Source: an uncultured Alphaproteobacteria bacterium (lineage in GTDB: Bacteria > Pseudomonadota > Alphaproteobacteria > MPNO01 > DASWLB01). From it: a DNA stretch of 64,000 nucleotides. Made by a program: the position numbers and the translations under genes. Location: contig CAWGXN010000005.1 of assembly GCA_963826605.1 (NCBI GenBank), positions 392,116 to 456,115 of the forward strand. Reading direction: 5' to 3'. The notes under the pieces were generated by a model. The model worked only from the letters and a program-made list of their open reading frames with translations. It had not been told where the DNA came from and made no database searches. This document shows positions 23,528 through 33,717 of the stretch, in pieces; position 1 is the stretch's first letter; each line of letters starts with the position of its first letter.

Positions 23528-24922
23528 CTAACCCGTGAAGAACTGCACGATCAGCGTGACGTTGAGCGCGATGATGACCAGTGCGGCCAGCCAGGCGAGG
23601 ACGGAAAGCCAAACCGGGCTTGCAAACGGGCCCATCCGCGCGCGCGAGGAGGTGAGCCGCACCAGCGGCACCACGGCGAAGGGAAGCTGCAGCGACAGGA
23701 TCACCTGGCTCAGCACCAGCAGCTTGGCGGTGCCCGACCCGCCATAGGCCGCGGTCACCGCCACCGCCGGAATGATGGCGAGCCCGCGCGTGGCGAGGCG
23801 GCGCGCCCACGCCGGCACGGACAGGCGCACGAAGCCTTCCATCACGATCTGGCCCGCCAGCGTGCCGGTCAGCGCCGAGTTCTGGCCCGAGGCGAGCAGC
23901 GCCACCGCGAACAAGGTGGAGGCCGCCGCCACGCCCACCGCCGGGGCGAGCAGCCGGTAGGCCTCCTGGATCTCGGCCACCTGGGTCTGGCCGCTGGCGT
24001 GGAAGGTGGCGGCGGCAACGATCAGGATCGCGGCGTTCACCAGGAAGGCGAAGAACAGCGCGATGGCGGAATCGATGGTGGAATAGCGGATCGCCTCGCG
24101 CCGCCCGGCATCGCCGGTGTCGAAGCTTCGGGTCTGCACGATTGCCGAATGGAGATAGAGGTTGTGCGGCATGATGGTCGCGCCCAGGATTCCGACCGCG
24201 ACGTAGAGCATCGCGGGCTCGCCCAGGATGCGCCCGTCGGGCACGAAGCCTGCCCCCAGCGCCGCGAGGTCGGGGCGCGACAGCCACAGCTCGGCGCCGA
24301 AGCAGGCGGCAATGATTACGATCATCGCAATGACCAGCGCCTCGATCAGCCGGAAGCCGTAGCGCTGCAAGGCAAGGATCAGCAGCACGTCCGCGCTGGT
24401 CAGCACCATGCCCCAGATCAGCGGAATGTCGAACAGCAGCTCCAGCGCGACCGCGCTGCCGATCAGCTCGGCGAGGTCGGTGGCGATGATGGCGAACTCC
24501 GCCAACAGCCATAGCGCGGCGGAGACCGCCGGGCCGTAGCTGTCGCGGCAGGACTGGGCGAGGTCGCGTCCCGTGGCGATGCCCAGCCGGGCGGCCAGCG
24601 TCTGCAGCAGGACCGCCGTCAGGCTGGACAGCAGCACGACCGACAGCAGGGCGTAGCCGAACGCCGACCCGCCGGCCAGGCTGGTCGCCCAGTTGCCCGG
24701 GTCCATGTAGCCGACTGCCACCAGGTAGCCTGGCCCGGCGAAGGCCAGCATCTTGCGGACGACGCCGCGCGCGGGCACCGCCACGGTCCGGTGCGATTCC
24801 GGCAGGCTGACCAGCGGGGGCCGCTCGGCCCGGCGCTGCCGGCCTTTCACGCGCGAAATCGCCTCGCCCACCGGCGCTGGGTCCTTCTCGTTGCCACCTG
24901 GCTGCGGGCGAATGTTAGCCAA
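23528..24922 (-). CDS. mntH: Nramp family Mn2+/H+ transporter (true start may lie further downstream)
   Basis: AVGYMDPGN, GATIMPHNLYLHS, SQVILSLQLPFA. Confidence 0.95.
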   Translation of the reverse strand: MANIRPQPGGNEKDPAPVGEAISRVKGRQRRAERPPLVSLPESHRTVAVPARGVVRKMLAFAGPGYLVAVGYMDPGNWATSLAGGSAFGYALLSVVLLSSLTAVLLQTLAARLGIATGRDLAQSCRDSYGPAVSAALWLLAEFAIIATDLAELIGSAVALELLFDIPLIWGMVLTSADVLLILALQRYGFRLIEALVIAMIVIIAACFGAELWLSRPDLAALGAGFVPDGRILGEPAMLYVAVGILGATIMPHNLYLHSAIVQTRSFDTGDAGRREAIRYSTIDSAIALFFAFLVNAAILIVAAATFHASGQTQVAEIQEAYRLLAPAVGVAAASTLFAVALLASGQNSALTGTLAGQIVMEGFVRLSVPAWARRLATRGLAIIPAVAVTAAYGGSGTAKLLVLSQVILSLQLPFAVVPLVRLTSSRARMGPFASPVWLSVLAWLAALVIIALNVTLIVQFFTG

Positions 24923-24950
24923 GGCTAAACTCTATGGTCAAAGCTAATTT
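24911..24950. promoter_or_regulatory. Putative MntR/DtxR-type operator upstream of mntH
   Basis: Minus strand AGTTTAGC-CTTG-GCTAACATT (TAGC-N4-GCTA) plus an adjacent half site AAATTAGC; AT-rich island in GC-rich DNA. Confidence 0.6.
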
Positions 24951-25072
24951 CGACCCGGATTATGTGGGCGCGCGGCGACGGTTCCGCAACGGGAGCCGCG
25001 CCGTGCCGGCCGGCCCGCGTCGATCGCGATGGGAGAAGAGGCGGGCGGCGGTCCTGCGCCGCCGCGCGGGCG

Positions 25073-25600
25073 CTACTTAATGCCGCAGGCGCGATGGGCG
25101 GCGGTGATGGCCGCGGTGAAGCCCGACAGCGAGTAGTTGTCGGTGGTCGCCGTGCCGCGCGTCGACGTGCCCTTGACCACCAGCTTCAGCCCGGCCTTCA
25201 ACGCCGCGACGATGGCGTCCTGGGTCTTGGCGTCGCGCGCCCAGGCCGTCTCGCCGTCGGTGAACAGCTCGAATGTGTTGCCGTCGATGTCGAGCGTGAC
25301 CTCGGAATCCTTCTGGTAGGGATAGCCCGCGGTCACCGAAAGCTCGTTGGCGATCTTCTCCTTCGGCCGGTCGGCGACCTGGATGTAGGTGTCGCCGCGC
25401 TCGGTATAGGCGCCCGTCTCCTTGCGCGGCTCGGAATAGATGTAGCAGACGAGCCCGCGCGGCCCGTTATAGCTGTAGGCGGACCACGGGCCGTAGTCGC
25501 CAAGCGTCTTCGTGCCGCCATTCGCGGCATGGGCGGTGCCCGTGCCCAGCGCGCACAGGGCGGCGCAGCACAGGACGGAAACGATCCTATTGTCGGTCAT
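25073..25600 (-). CDS. Invasion-associated locus B (IalB)-like periplasmic protein
   Basis: Signal peptide; W..Y, CYIYSEP, GYPY, TSTRGT.TTDNYSLSGF. Confidence 0.8.
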   Translation of the reverse strand: MTDNRIVSVLCCAALCALGTGTAHAANGGTKTLGDYGPWSAYSYNGPRGLVCYIYSEPRKETGAYTERGDTYIQVADRPKEKIANELSVTAGYPYQKDSEVTLDIDGNTFELFTDGETAWARDAKTQDAIVAALKAGLKLVVKGTSTRGTATTDNYSLSGFTAAITAAHRACGIK

Positions 25601-25624
25601 CGGGGTCGGCCTCTCGTTCGGTTC

Positions 25625-26177
25625 TTATGACGCGGCGGCAGTGCGCCGCCGGCGGGTACGCAGCAAGGGCGCGCCATGCAGCGCGACCGGGACGGGCGGC
25701 GGTGCCGCACCGGCCGCCACCGGCCGCTCGGCGAAGCGGCCCATCGAAAGCTGGCGGTCATACATCGCGATGGCGCCGGCCATCGCCAGATTGATCGCGA
25801 ACGATGTCGGGATTTTGACCAAATGGTCGCAGCGCGCGAGCAGCGCGGGCGACAGGCTGCCCCGTTCCGGCCCCAGCACGTAGGCCGCGCGGCGGGGATG
25901 GCGGAAGCTGGGCAGAAGGCCCGGCGCCCTCGATCAGCTCGATGCCGACCAGCTGGCACTCGCGCGGCAGGCGCAGCGCGTCGAGGGACTCGAACTCGTA
26001 GACCGGCACCTGGGAGTTGGCGTGCGACGTGTCGGCGCGCTGCGTCTCGCGGCGCGGATACTGCGCGTCGATGGTGAACACGAAGCTTGCCCCGAACCCG
26101 TGGGCGGCGCGGAACAGGCTGCCCACGTTCATCGGCTTGCTCGCGCCCTCGACGCCGATGCCGAAATAGCCGCGCAT
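25625..26177 (-). CDS. TrmH/SpoU family RNA methyltransferase (frameshift near 25920)
   Basis: MRGYFGIGVEG, N.GSLFR.AH.FGA, LGPERGSL, INLAMAGAI.MYDR. Confidence 0.88.
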
Positions 26178-26264
26178 GCGGCTAACATAGCCGGACCGGG
26201 GCCGCGCGCAAGAATCAGGGGGGCGGAGGAGGGCTTCGCACCTCATTGGATGCGCACCTCGACT

Positions 26265-26378
26265 GTCACGCCGGACGCCGCGCAGCGGGATCCGGGGCCC
26301 ATCGTCGGGTCCGGGATGTCGAGAAATGGGTCCCGGCTCTGCGGCAATCACTCCGTGATTCACCGCGCCCGGGATGAC
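26265..26378. repeat. Palindromic repeat, family D
   Basis: GTCACGCCGG..GATCCGGGGCCCAT / ATGGGTCCCGGCTC..CCGGGATGAC. Confidence 0.8.
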
Positions 26379-26434
26379 AATCTTGGTTGTCTGCCGTGCC
26401 ACGCTATCATCGGCCGAGTTGGAGGAGAGCCGCC

Positions 26435-27673
26435 ATCACCGACGCGCTGCGCGCCCAGTACGAAGCCTACCCCTATCCCGAGCGCGACCCGGCCGACGAG
26501 GCGCGCCGGCTGATCACCGGCTCGCCCAGCCATCCGCTGGAGATCGACCATTACGTGTTCGGCGGGGCGCGCGACTGGTCGCGCCCGTTCCGCGCGCTGG
26601 TCGCGGGCGGCGGCACCGGCGACGGGGCGATCATGCTGGCCCAGCTCCTGGCCGACCGGAACTGCCCGGCCGAGCTCGTCCATCTCGACATCAGCGCGCC
26701 GCGTCGCAGGCCATCGCCCGCGCCCGCGCCGAGGCGCGCGGCCTTGTCGAATCTGCGCTTCGTGGCCGGGCTCGCTGCTCGATCTCGACCGGCTGGGGCT
26801 CGGCGCGTTCGACTACGTCGATTGCTGCGGCGTGCTGCACCATCTGGAGGACCCGGCGGCCGGAATGGCGGCGCTCGCCGCCGCGCTGGCGCCCGATGGC
26901 GGGATCGGCGCGATGGTCTATGCGCCCTACGGCCGGACGGGCGTCTACCCGATGCAGGCGGCGCTCCGCATGCTCGCCGGCGACGCGCCGCCGGCGCGAG
27001 CGGCTCGCCGTCGGCGCAAGGCGGCGCTGCCGCTGGTGCCCGACGACCAACTGGCTCGCCCGCAACCCGTTCGTCGGCGACCATCGCGGCCAGGGCGATG
27101 CCGGGCTCTACGACCTGCTGCTCAACCCGGTCGACCGGCCCTTCACCGTGCGCGAGCGTGGCGGCAATGGTCGGCGGGCGCCGGGCTGCGCCTCACCGGG
27201 CTGATCGAGCCGATGCGCTACCGGCCGGACGCGTTCGTCGCCGAACGCGGCGCTCCGCGCGCGCCTCGCCGCGATGGATGAGCTCGACCGCGCCGCCTTC
27301 GCCGAGCTCTGGGCCGGCAACATGCGCCGCCACGTGTTCTACGCCGTCGCCGCCGACAATCCGGCCGCCGTGCCGCCGGACCCCGACCGCGACGACGCGG
27401 TGCCGGTGCCGCACGACATCGACGATGGCGGGGCTCGCCCGCGCCATCGCCGCCGGCCAGGCGATGAAAATCGATTTCGACGGGCTCGCCGTCCGCGTCG
27501 CCCTGCCGCCGGGCGCCGCCGCCATCGCCGCCGAAATCGACGGCAGGCGCACGATCGCGGCGCTGCGCGCCCGCGTCGGCGGCGATCCCGATTCGTTCCG
27601 CGACGCCTGGGCGGCGCTCTACCAGGCGCTCAACGGGTTGAACCGGATGTTCCTGCGAATCCCCGGCGCCTGA
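26435..27673 (+). CDS. Class I SAM-dependent methyltransferase (multiple frameshifts)
   Basis: QYEAYPYPERDP, LVAGGGTGD, FDYVDCCGVLHHL, MVYAPYGRTGVY. Confidence 0.82.
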   Translation: MTDALRAQYEAYPYPERDPADEARRLITGSPSHPLEIDHYVFGGARDWSRPFRALVAGGGTGDGAIMLAQLLADRNCPAELVHLDISAPRRRPSPAPAPRRAALSNLRFVAGLAARSRPAGARRVRLRRLLRRAAPSGGPGGRNGGARRRAGARWRDRRDGLCALRPDGRLPDAGGAPHARRRRAAGASGSPSAQGGAAAGARRPTGSPATRSSATIAARAMPGSTTCCSTRSTGPSPCASVAAMVGGRRAAPHRADRADALPAGRVRRRTRRSARASPRWMSSTAPPSPSSGPATCAATCSTPSPPTIRPPCRRTPTATTRCRCRTTSTMAGLARAIAAGQAMKIDFDGLAVRVALPPGAAAIAAEIDGRRTIAALRARVGGDPDSFRDAWAALYQALNGLNRMFLRIPGA

Positions 27674-27723
27674 ACTTCCGTCACCGCAACCCTATATAAA
27701 CGGCGGACCGCGAGGCTGACCGG

Positions 27724-28624
27724 ATGGATGCGTTGACCCGAACCCTGGTCGATCTCCTCGGCGCCGCGGGCGGGCGCGGCGGCCGCCATCCGGGGACGCG
27801 CGCGGCGCCCGGCGCGCTGGCGGCGCTCGACCTCGAAGCTTGGCTGGCCGGGCGCGGCATCGCAGCCCGCTGGCGCGGCCCGCCTGGACGACGTGGCGGC
27901 GGACGGCGACGCGATGGCGGCGGTGGCCGGGCTCTGCCGCCGACCTCGCCGCCGAGACCGAGCGGTCGGTGGCGGCCGGGCGGCGCTTCTGCGTGCTCGG
28001 TGGCGATCATAGCTGCGCCGCCGGCACCTGGGCGGGGGCCGCCGACGCGCTGGCGGCGCGCGGGCGGCTCGGCCTCGTCTGGTACGACGCCCACATGGAC
28101 GCGCACACGCCGGAGACCACGCCCAGCGGCCGGCCGCACGGCATGCCGCTCGCCGCCCTGCTGGGGCACGGCGCGCCGGAGCTGACCGGCGTCGCCCGCC
28201 ACCGCCCGCCGCTGGCGCCGGAAAGCCTCTGCCTGATCGGCGTGCACAGCTTCGAGGCGGGCGAACGCGCGCTGCTCGACCGGCTCGGCGTCCGGGTGAT
28301 CCACGATCGAGGAGGTGCGCGAACGCGGCCTCGCCGCCGCGACGTCCGAGGCGCTTGCCGTCGCGCGACGCGGCACGGCGGGGTTCGGCGTCTCGATCGA
28401 CCTCGATGCTATCGACCCGGCCGAGGCGCCGGGCGTCGGCTCGCCGGTGCCGGGCGGGTTCGCCGCCGCCGAGCTCGCCGCCGCCCTCGCCGCGCTGCGC
28501 GAGGCTCGACGATTTCGTCGGGCTCGAGATCGCCGAGTACAACCCGCAGCTCGACCGCGACGGCGCGACCGCGCTGATCGTGCGCAACCTCATCGCCGCC
28601 GCTTTCGCCGGAGACGCGCCGTGA
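27724..28624 (+). CDS. rocF: Arginase (frameshifted)
   Basis: LGGDHS, WYDAHMD, TPSGRPHGMP, SIDLDAIDP..APGVG, EYNP. Confidence 0.88.
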
Positions 28625-29865
28625 CCCGCCGGCCCGACGCGCCGCGCGCGCAGCCCACGACGCCATCGCGCTCGAAAGCCATTTCGGCGCGCACAACTAC
28701 GACCCGATGCCCGTGGTGCTGGTGCAGCGGCGAAGGCGTGCATGTGTGGGACGCCGACGGGCGGCGCTACACCGACATGCTGGGCGCCTACTCGGCGGTC
28801 AGCCACGGCTACGGCCATCCGCGCCTGGTCGAGGCGCTGATCCGCCAGTCGCACACGCTGGGGGTCGTCTCGCGCGCCTTCTACAACGACCGGCTCGGCC
28901 CGTTCCTCGCCCGCGCCTGCGAGCTGACCGGCCAGGAATCCGCGCTCGCCATGAACACCGGCACCGAGGCGGTCGAGACCGCGCTCAAGGCGGCGCGCAA
29001 ATGGGCCTACACGGTGAAGGGCGTGCCGGACGGGCTCGCCGAGATCGTCGTGTGCGACGGCAATTTCCACGGCCGCACCATCGCCATCGTCGGGTTCTCG
29101 TCGCAGGAGGCAGTACCGCGAGGGGTTCGGCCCGTTCCCCGCCGGCTTCAAGCGCATCCCGTTCGGCGACGCGAAGGCGCTGGAGGCCGCCATCACGCCG
29201 ATCGACCGCCGCCTTCCTGGTCGAGCCGATCCAGGGCGAGGGCGGCATCGTCGTGCCGCCCGAGGGGTATCTCTCGGCCTGCGCCGAAATCTGCCGGCGC
29301 CACAACGTGCTGCTGATCTGCGACGAGGTGCAGACCGGGCTCGGCCGCACCGGGCGCGTGCTCTGCGCCGACCACGAAGGCGTGCGGCCCGACGCGCTCA
29401 CGCTCGGCAAGGCGCTCGGCGGCGGGCTGATGCCGGTGTCGCTGTTCCTCGCCCGGCGCGAGGTGATGGACGTGTTCGGGCCGGGCGACCACGGCTCGAC
29501 CTTCGGCGGCAATCCGATCGCCTGCGCGGTGGGCCACGCCGCGCTCGACGTGATGGTCGAGGAGAAGCTCGCCGAGCGCGCGGCCGAGCTCGGCCCGCAT
29601 CTGATCGCGCGGCTCCGCGCGATCGCGAGCCCGGCGATCCGCGAGGTGCGCGGCATGGGCCTGTTCGCCGGCGTCGAGCTCGACCCGCACGCGCGCCTCG
29701 GCCCGCGCCGCGTGCGAGGCGCTGCTCGCCGAGGGCATCCTGACCAAGGAGACGCATCGCAACACGGTGCGCTTCGCGCCCGCCGCTGGTCATCACGCGA
29801 AATCCGAGCTCGACCACGCGCTCGACCGCATCGCCCGTGCATTTGCGAGGCTTGGGGCGCGTTGA
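28621..29865 (+). CDS. rocD: Ornithine aminotransferase (frameshifted)
   Basis: AHNYDPMPV, YSAVSHG, EPIQGEGG, DEVQTGLGRTG, LGKALGGG, HGSTFGGNP; GTGA overlap with arginase. Confidence 0.9.
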
Positions 29866-29884
29866 GCCTTTTGATGGAGGTCGA

Positions 29885-30097
29885 CCCCCCTCCCCAACCC
29901 TCCCCCTCAAGGGGGGAGGGGGCGAACGCGTCCGCCCGCGCGTCCACGGCAAGACAAGTTGTTCGCGCGACGAAAAGGCTGTCAATGCAGGGGTCCCCTC
30001 TCCCCTTGAGGGCTTGGCGCCTGCCCGGCGTCCACTGGACGCCGGGCCCGGACATGCCAGTGGCATGTCCGGCGGTGCCAAGGGACAGGGTGAGGGG
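29885..30097 (+). repeat. Family C unit with a 70-bp nested palindromic insertion
   Basis: Left arm identical in style to 52311; right arm split by 30013-30082. Confidence 0.85.
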
Positions 30098-30112
30098 TCC
30101 TTTGCCGGAATG

Positions 30113-30141
30113 AAAAAGGGCGGGTCATGGACCCGCCCCTT
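30113..30141 (-). terminator. Rho-independent terminator of the GST gene
   Basis: GGGCGGGTC-atg-GACCCGCCC hairpin followed by a T5 tract on the minus strand. Confidence 0.75.
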
Positions 30142-30162
30142 CGGACTTCGCTGTGGCGCCCT

Positions 30163-30859
30163 TTACTCCGCGGCGGCCTTGGTCTCGGTGATGAACTGCG
30201 AGACCCACTTCTTCCGGCGCTTCAGGTTCTCGCGGTACATCGCCTCCATCTCCGCCGGCGGGAAGGAGTGCACGCTGGGCCGCGCCATCAGCGCATCGTG
30301 CCACGCCTTGACCAGCGGGAACTTCTCCATCACGCCGAGCGGGCGCACCCGGTCGAGGAAGGCGTAGCGCTGCAGGAACGGCGCGTAGGCGCAATCGACC
30401 AGCGAGAACGCGGGCCCGTTGAAGAACGGTCCGTCATTGCCGCGCTTCTCCAGCGCCTTCTCCAGCCGCTCGAAGGCGGTCGGGAATCTTGGCCGCGCAC
30501 CTGTTGTACTCGTCCTCGGTCTCGGCATAGCCGGTCGAGGTCACCGTGTCGGCGAAACTCGGCACGTAGTCGGTCCAGGCGCGGTTGTAGGCGCGTGCCA
30601 CCGGGTCGGCCGGATGCAGGCGCGGCTCGATGGTCTCGTCCAGGTATTCGCAGATCGCGTTGGACTCGAACATCGAGATCTTGTCGTCGATGCGCAGCAC
30701 CGGCACCTTCTTGTGCGGCGAGATCGCGAGGAACCAGTCCGGGCGGTTGTCGGGCTCGATGTGGCGGAACTCGAACTCGACCTTCTTCTCGCGCAGCGCG
30801 ATCGCCGCGCGCTGCACCCAGGGACACGTCTTGAAGCTGACCAGCAGGTAGTGTGGCAT
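30163..30859 (-). CDS. Glutathione S-transferase family protein (frameshift near 30480)
   Basis: SFKTCPWVQR, ISPHKKVPVL, FESNAICEYLDE, FSLVDCAYAPFL. Confidence 0.9.
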
Positions 30860-30925
30860 GACGGCCTCCTTCCGCATTCGGTGGCGCGGAGTGTGGCACG
30901 CTGGGCGGGCCGGGTTCAACGGGGG

Positions 30926-32080
30926 TCAGCCGGCCTTCGGCAGCCACGCCGCCAGCCGGTCGACGGCGGCTTCGATGTCGGCCGTCGCGCCGGCGAAGGA
31001 CAGGCGGATATAGGCCCGCCCGCGCCCCTGGTCGAAATCGATGCCGGGCGTGGTGGCGACGCCGGTCTCGGCCAGCATGCGGGCGCAGAACGCCTCGGAA
31101 TCGTTGGTCAGCGCCGCGACGTCGGCATAGAGGTAGAACGCCCCGTCGGCCGGCGCGATGCGCCCGATCCCGGCGCGCGGCAGCCCGTCGAGCAGCAGCG
31201 CGCGGTTGGCGGCATAGCGCGCCACGTTGGCCTCGAGCTCCTCGGTGCAGTCGAACGCCGCCTCGGCCGCGAACTGGGCGAGGGTGGGCGGCGAGATGTA
31301 GAGGTTCTGCGCCAGGCACTCGACCGCGCGGGCGAGGTCGGGCGGGCAGATCATCCAGCCGATGCGCCAGCCGGTCATCGAGAAGTATTTCGAGAACGAG
31401 TTCACCACCAGCGCGTCCGGATCGGGGCCGAGCGCGGTGGGCGCGGTCCGGCCGAACGTGATGCCGTGATAGATCTCGTCCGATACCAGCCGCACGCCGT
31501 TCGCCTTGCACCAGGCGATCACCCGGGCGAACTCGGCGTCGTCGATCATCGTCCCGGCCGGGTTGGACGGGCTGGCGACGATCAGCCCGTCGAGCCGGCC
31601 CGCCTTCTCCAGCAGCGCGACCGTCGGCTGGAATCGCTCGGCCGGCCCGGCCGGCAGCCCCACAGGCTCGATCCCCAGCGCCATCAGGATGTTGCGATAG
31701 CCCGGGTAGGACGGGTCGGCGAGCGCCACCCGGTCGCCCTCGTCGAACGCGGCGAGGAAGGCGAGCACGAATCCGCCCGAGGACCCGGTCGTGACCACAA
31801 TCCGCGCCGGGTCGATCGCGACGCCGTGGAGCTGCCGGTAATGGGCGGCGATGCGCTGCCTGAGGCTCGCCCGGCCCAGCGCCTCGGTATAGCCGAGCGG
31901 CGCCGCGTCCAGCGCGCGCCGCGCCGCCGCGATCACGCCGGCGGGCGTGCCCGAGCCGGGCTCGCCCATCTCCAGGTGCACGATGTGCTCGCCGGCGGCC
32001 TGGCGCGCGTTGGCGGCGCGCATCACGTCCATCACGATGAAAGGCGGGATGCGGCCCCGCCGCGAAACCTTCAACGCCAT
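30926..32080 (-). CDS. Class I/II PLP-dependent aminotransferase
   Basis: SPSNPAG, SDEIYHG, NSFSKYFSMTGWRIGW. Confidence 0.92.
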   Translation of the reverse strand: MALKVSRRGRIPPFIVMDVMRAANARQAAGEHIVHLEMGEPGSGTPAGVIAAARRALDAAPLGYTEALGRASLRQRIAAHYRQLHGVAIDPARIVVTTGSSGGFVLAFLAAFDEGDRVALADPSYPGYRNILMALGIEPVGLPAGPAERFQPTVALLEKAGRLDGLIVASPSNPAGTMIDDAEFARVIAWCKANGVRLVSDEIYHGITFGRTAPTALGPDPDALVVNSFSKYFSMTGWRIGWMICPPDLARAVECLAQNLYISPPTLAQFAAEAAFDCTEELEANVARYAANRALLLDGLPRAGIGRIAPADGAFYLYADVAALTNDSEAFCARMLAETGVATTPGIDFDQGRGRAYIRLSFAGATADIEAAVDRLAAWLPKAG

Positions 32081-32081
32081 C

Positions 32082-33654
32082 TCAGCGCTCCGGCTCGGCG
32101 CCGGCGGCGAGCCCGTGGCCGCGCGGATCGGTGGCGAGCGCGCAGCTCGCCGGGTTGCGCACGATCCCGTCGGTGCAATACATCGCGTCGACGCGGGCCA
32201 GCGCCTTCACCGGGGCGACCCGGTGGCGCCGCGCGGCAAGGTCGCGCACGGCCGCATCGTCGCCGGTCTCCGCCAGCACGGCGTCCAGCCCGGGCACCGC
32301 GTCGATGCGCGGCGCCGCGATGGCGGCGTCCAGCGGCCGCTTGTCGACGATGGTGCGAAGCATGACCCCGGCCAGCGCGGCCGGCGCGGCGGGATCGCCC
32401 GCGCCGGTCATGGCCGCGAACGTCTCCTTCGAGTTCTCGTTGACGATCGCCATCGGGGCCAGCGCCATGGTTGCGCCGTGCCCCGGCGGGGGCACCGCCA
32501 GGATGCCGGTATTGGCGATCATCCGGCCGGTGCCGAACAGCGGCCCCGCGGTCAGCGCGCAGGCGACCGCGCCGCCCTCGTTGTCGACGATCACGAAGCC
32601 GGTCGATCGCCCCTGGTCGGACGGCGCTACCGCCGGGCGGCCGGGCGGCTGGGCGTGCCCCGCCGGGTCGTAACCTTGCATCACCAGGTCGGCCCAGCCG
32701 GACGGGATGCGGCCCTTGTCGTCCAGCGCCGGCGGGCCGGCGGCGGCGATGCGCGCCATCGCTTCTGCCAGAAGGTGCGGGCGCTCGGCGGGCGAGGCGT
32801 CGCCCCATCGTCCGCCGGCGCCGAGCACCGCCCACAGCGCGGCTGCCATCTCGCCCCCGGTCGCGGGCGCGCCGGCGAAGTGGGCGGTGTGGCTGCCGAC
32901 CGGGACGTCGACGGTCGGGCGCCAGACCGGCTTGTAGTCGCGCAAATCCTCGACGCTCATCGCGCCGCCGATCGCGTCGGCGCCGGCGACGTAGTCGTGC
33001 GCGCCCACCCCGCCATAGATCGCCGCCGGTCCCTGGGTGCGGATGCGGCCCAAAGTCGCGGCGAGGTCGAGCTGGGCGAGCGACGCCCCCTCGGCGAGCG
33101 GCGCCCCCTCCTTGTCGAGGAACGCGGCGCGCGTCGCCGGTCCCCGCTCGGCAGCGGCTGTGCCCGCGGTGAGGTCGGCGGCGAAGGCGCGGCTCACCGT
33201 CATGCCGAAACGGGCGATCCGCTCGGCCGGGAACACCAGCTCCGCCCAGCGCAGCCGTCCGCCGCGCGCCTGCAGCGCGAACAGCCCGCGCACCATGCCC
33301 GGCACCGCCACCTGAGGCCCGCCGTCCGGCGCCGCGCCGGCCGGTGCGCGCGGCAGGAAATCGAGCGTTTCCGTGGTCATCTTGGGCTTGGGCACGTGGA
33401 CGACGCAGACCCCGCCCCCGCCCAGGCTCGCCCGCGACGGCAGCGCGACGGCAAGGGTGAAGGCATAGGCGGTGGCGGCGTCGGCCGCCGTGCCGCCGGC
33501 CGACAGCACCCGCTGCGCCGCCAGCACGGCGTTCGGCTCGTCGCCCGCCACGCCGCCATAGAAGCCGGCGACGTGGCCCTCGGTGCCGATCGGCGGCGCC
33601 GCCGAATCGCAGCCCGCCAGGGCCAGCGCCGCGGCCAGCGTCCACAGTGCCCAT
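32082..33654 (-). CDS. Gamma-glutamyltransferase-like lipoprotein (divergent; start uncertain)
   Basis: Lipobox LAGC, GGTAADAA, SLGGGG, VAVPG..RG, FGTG. Confidence 0.75.
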
Positions 33655-33717
33655 TGACGGCCCCGGGCGCGCGGCCTACCTAGGATGGGCGGATACGGAG
33701 TTGCCGCCTTGCGCAAG

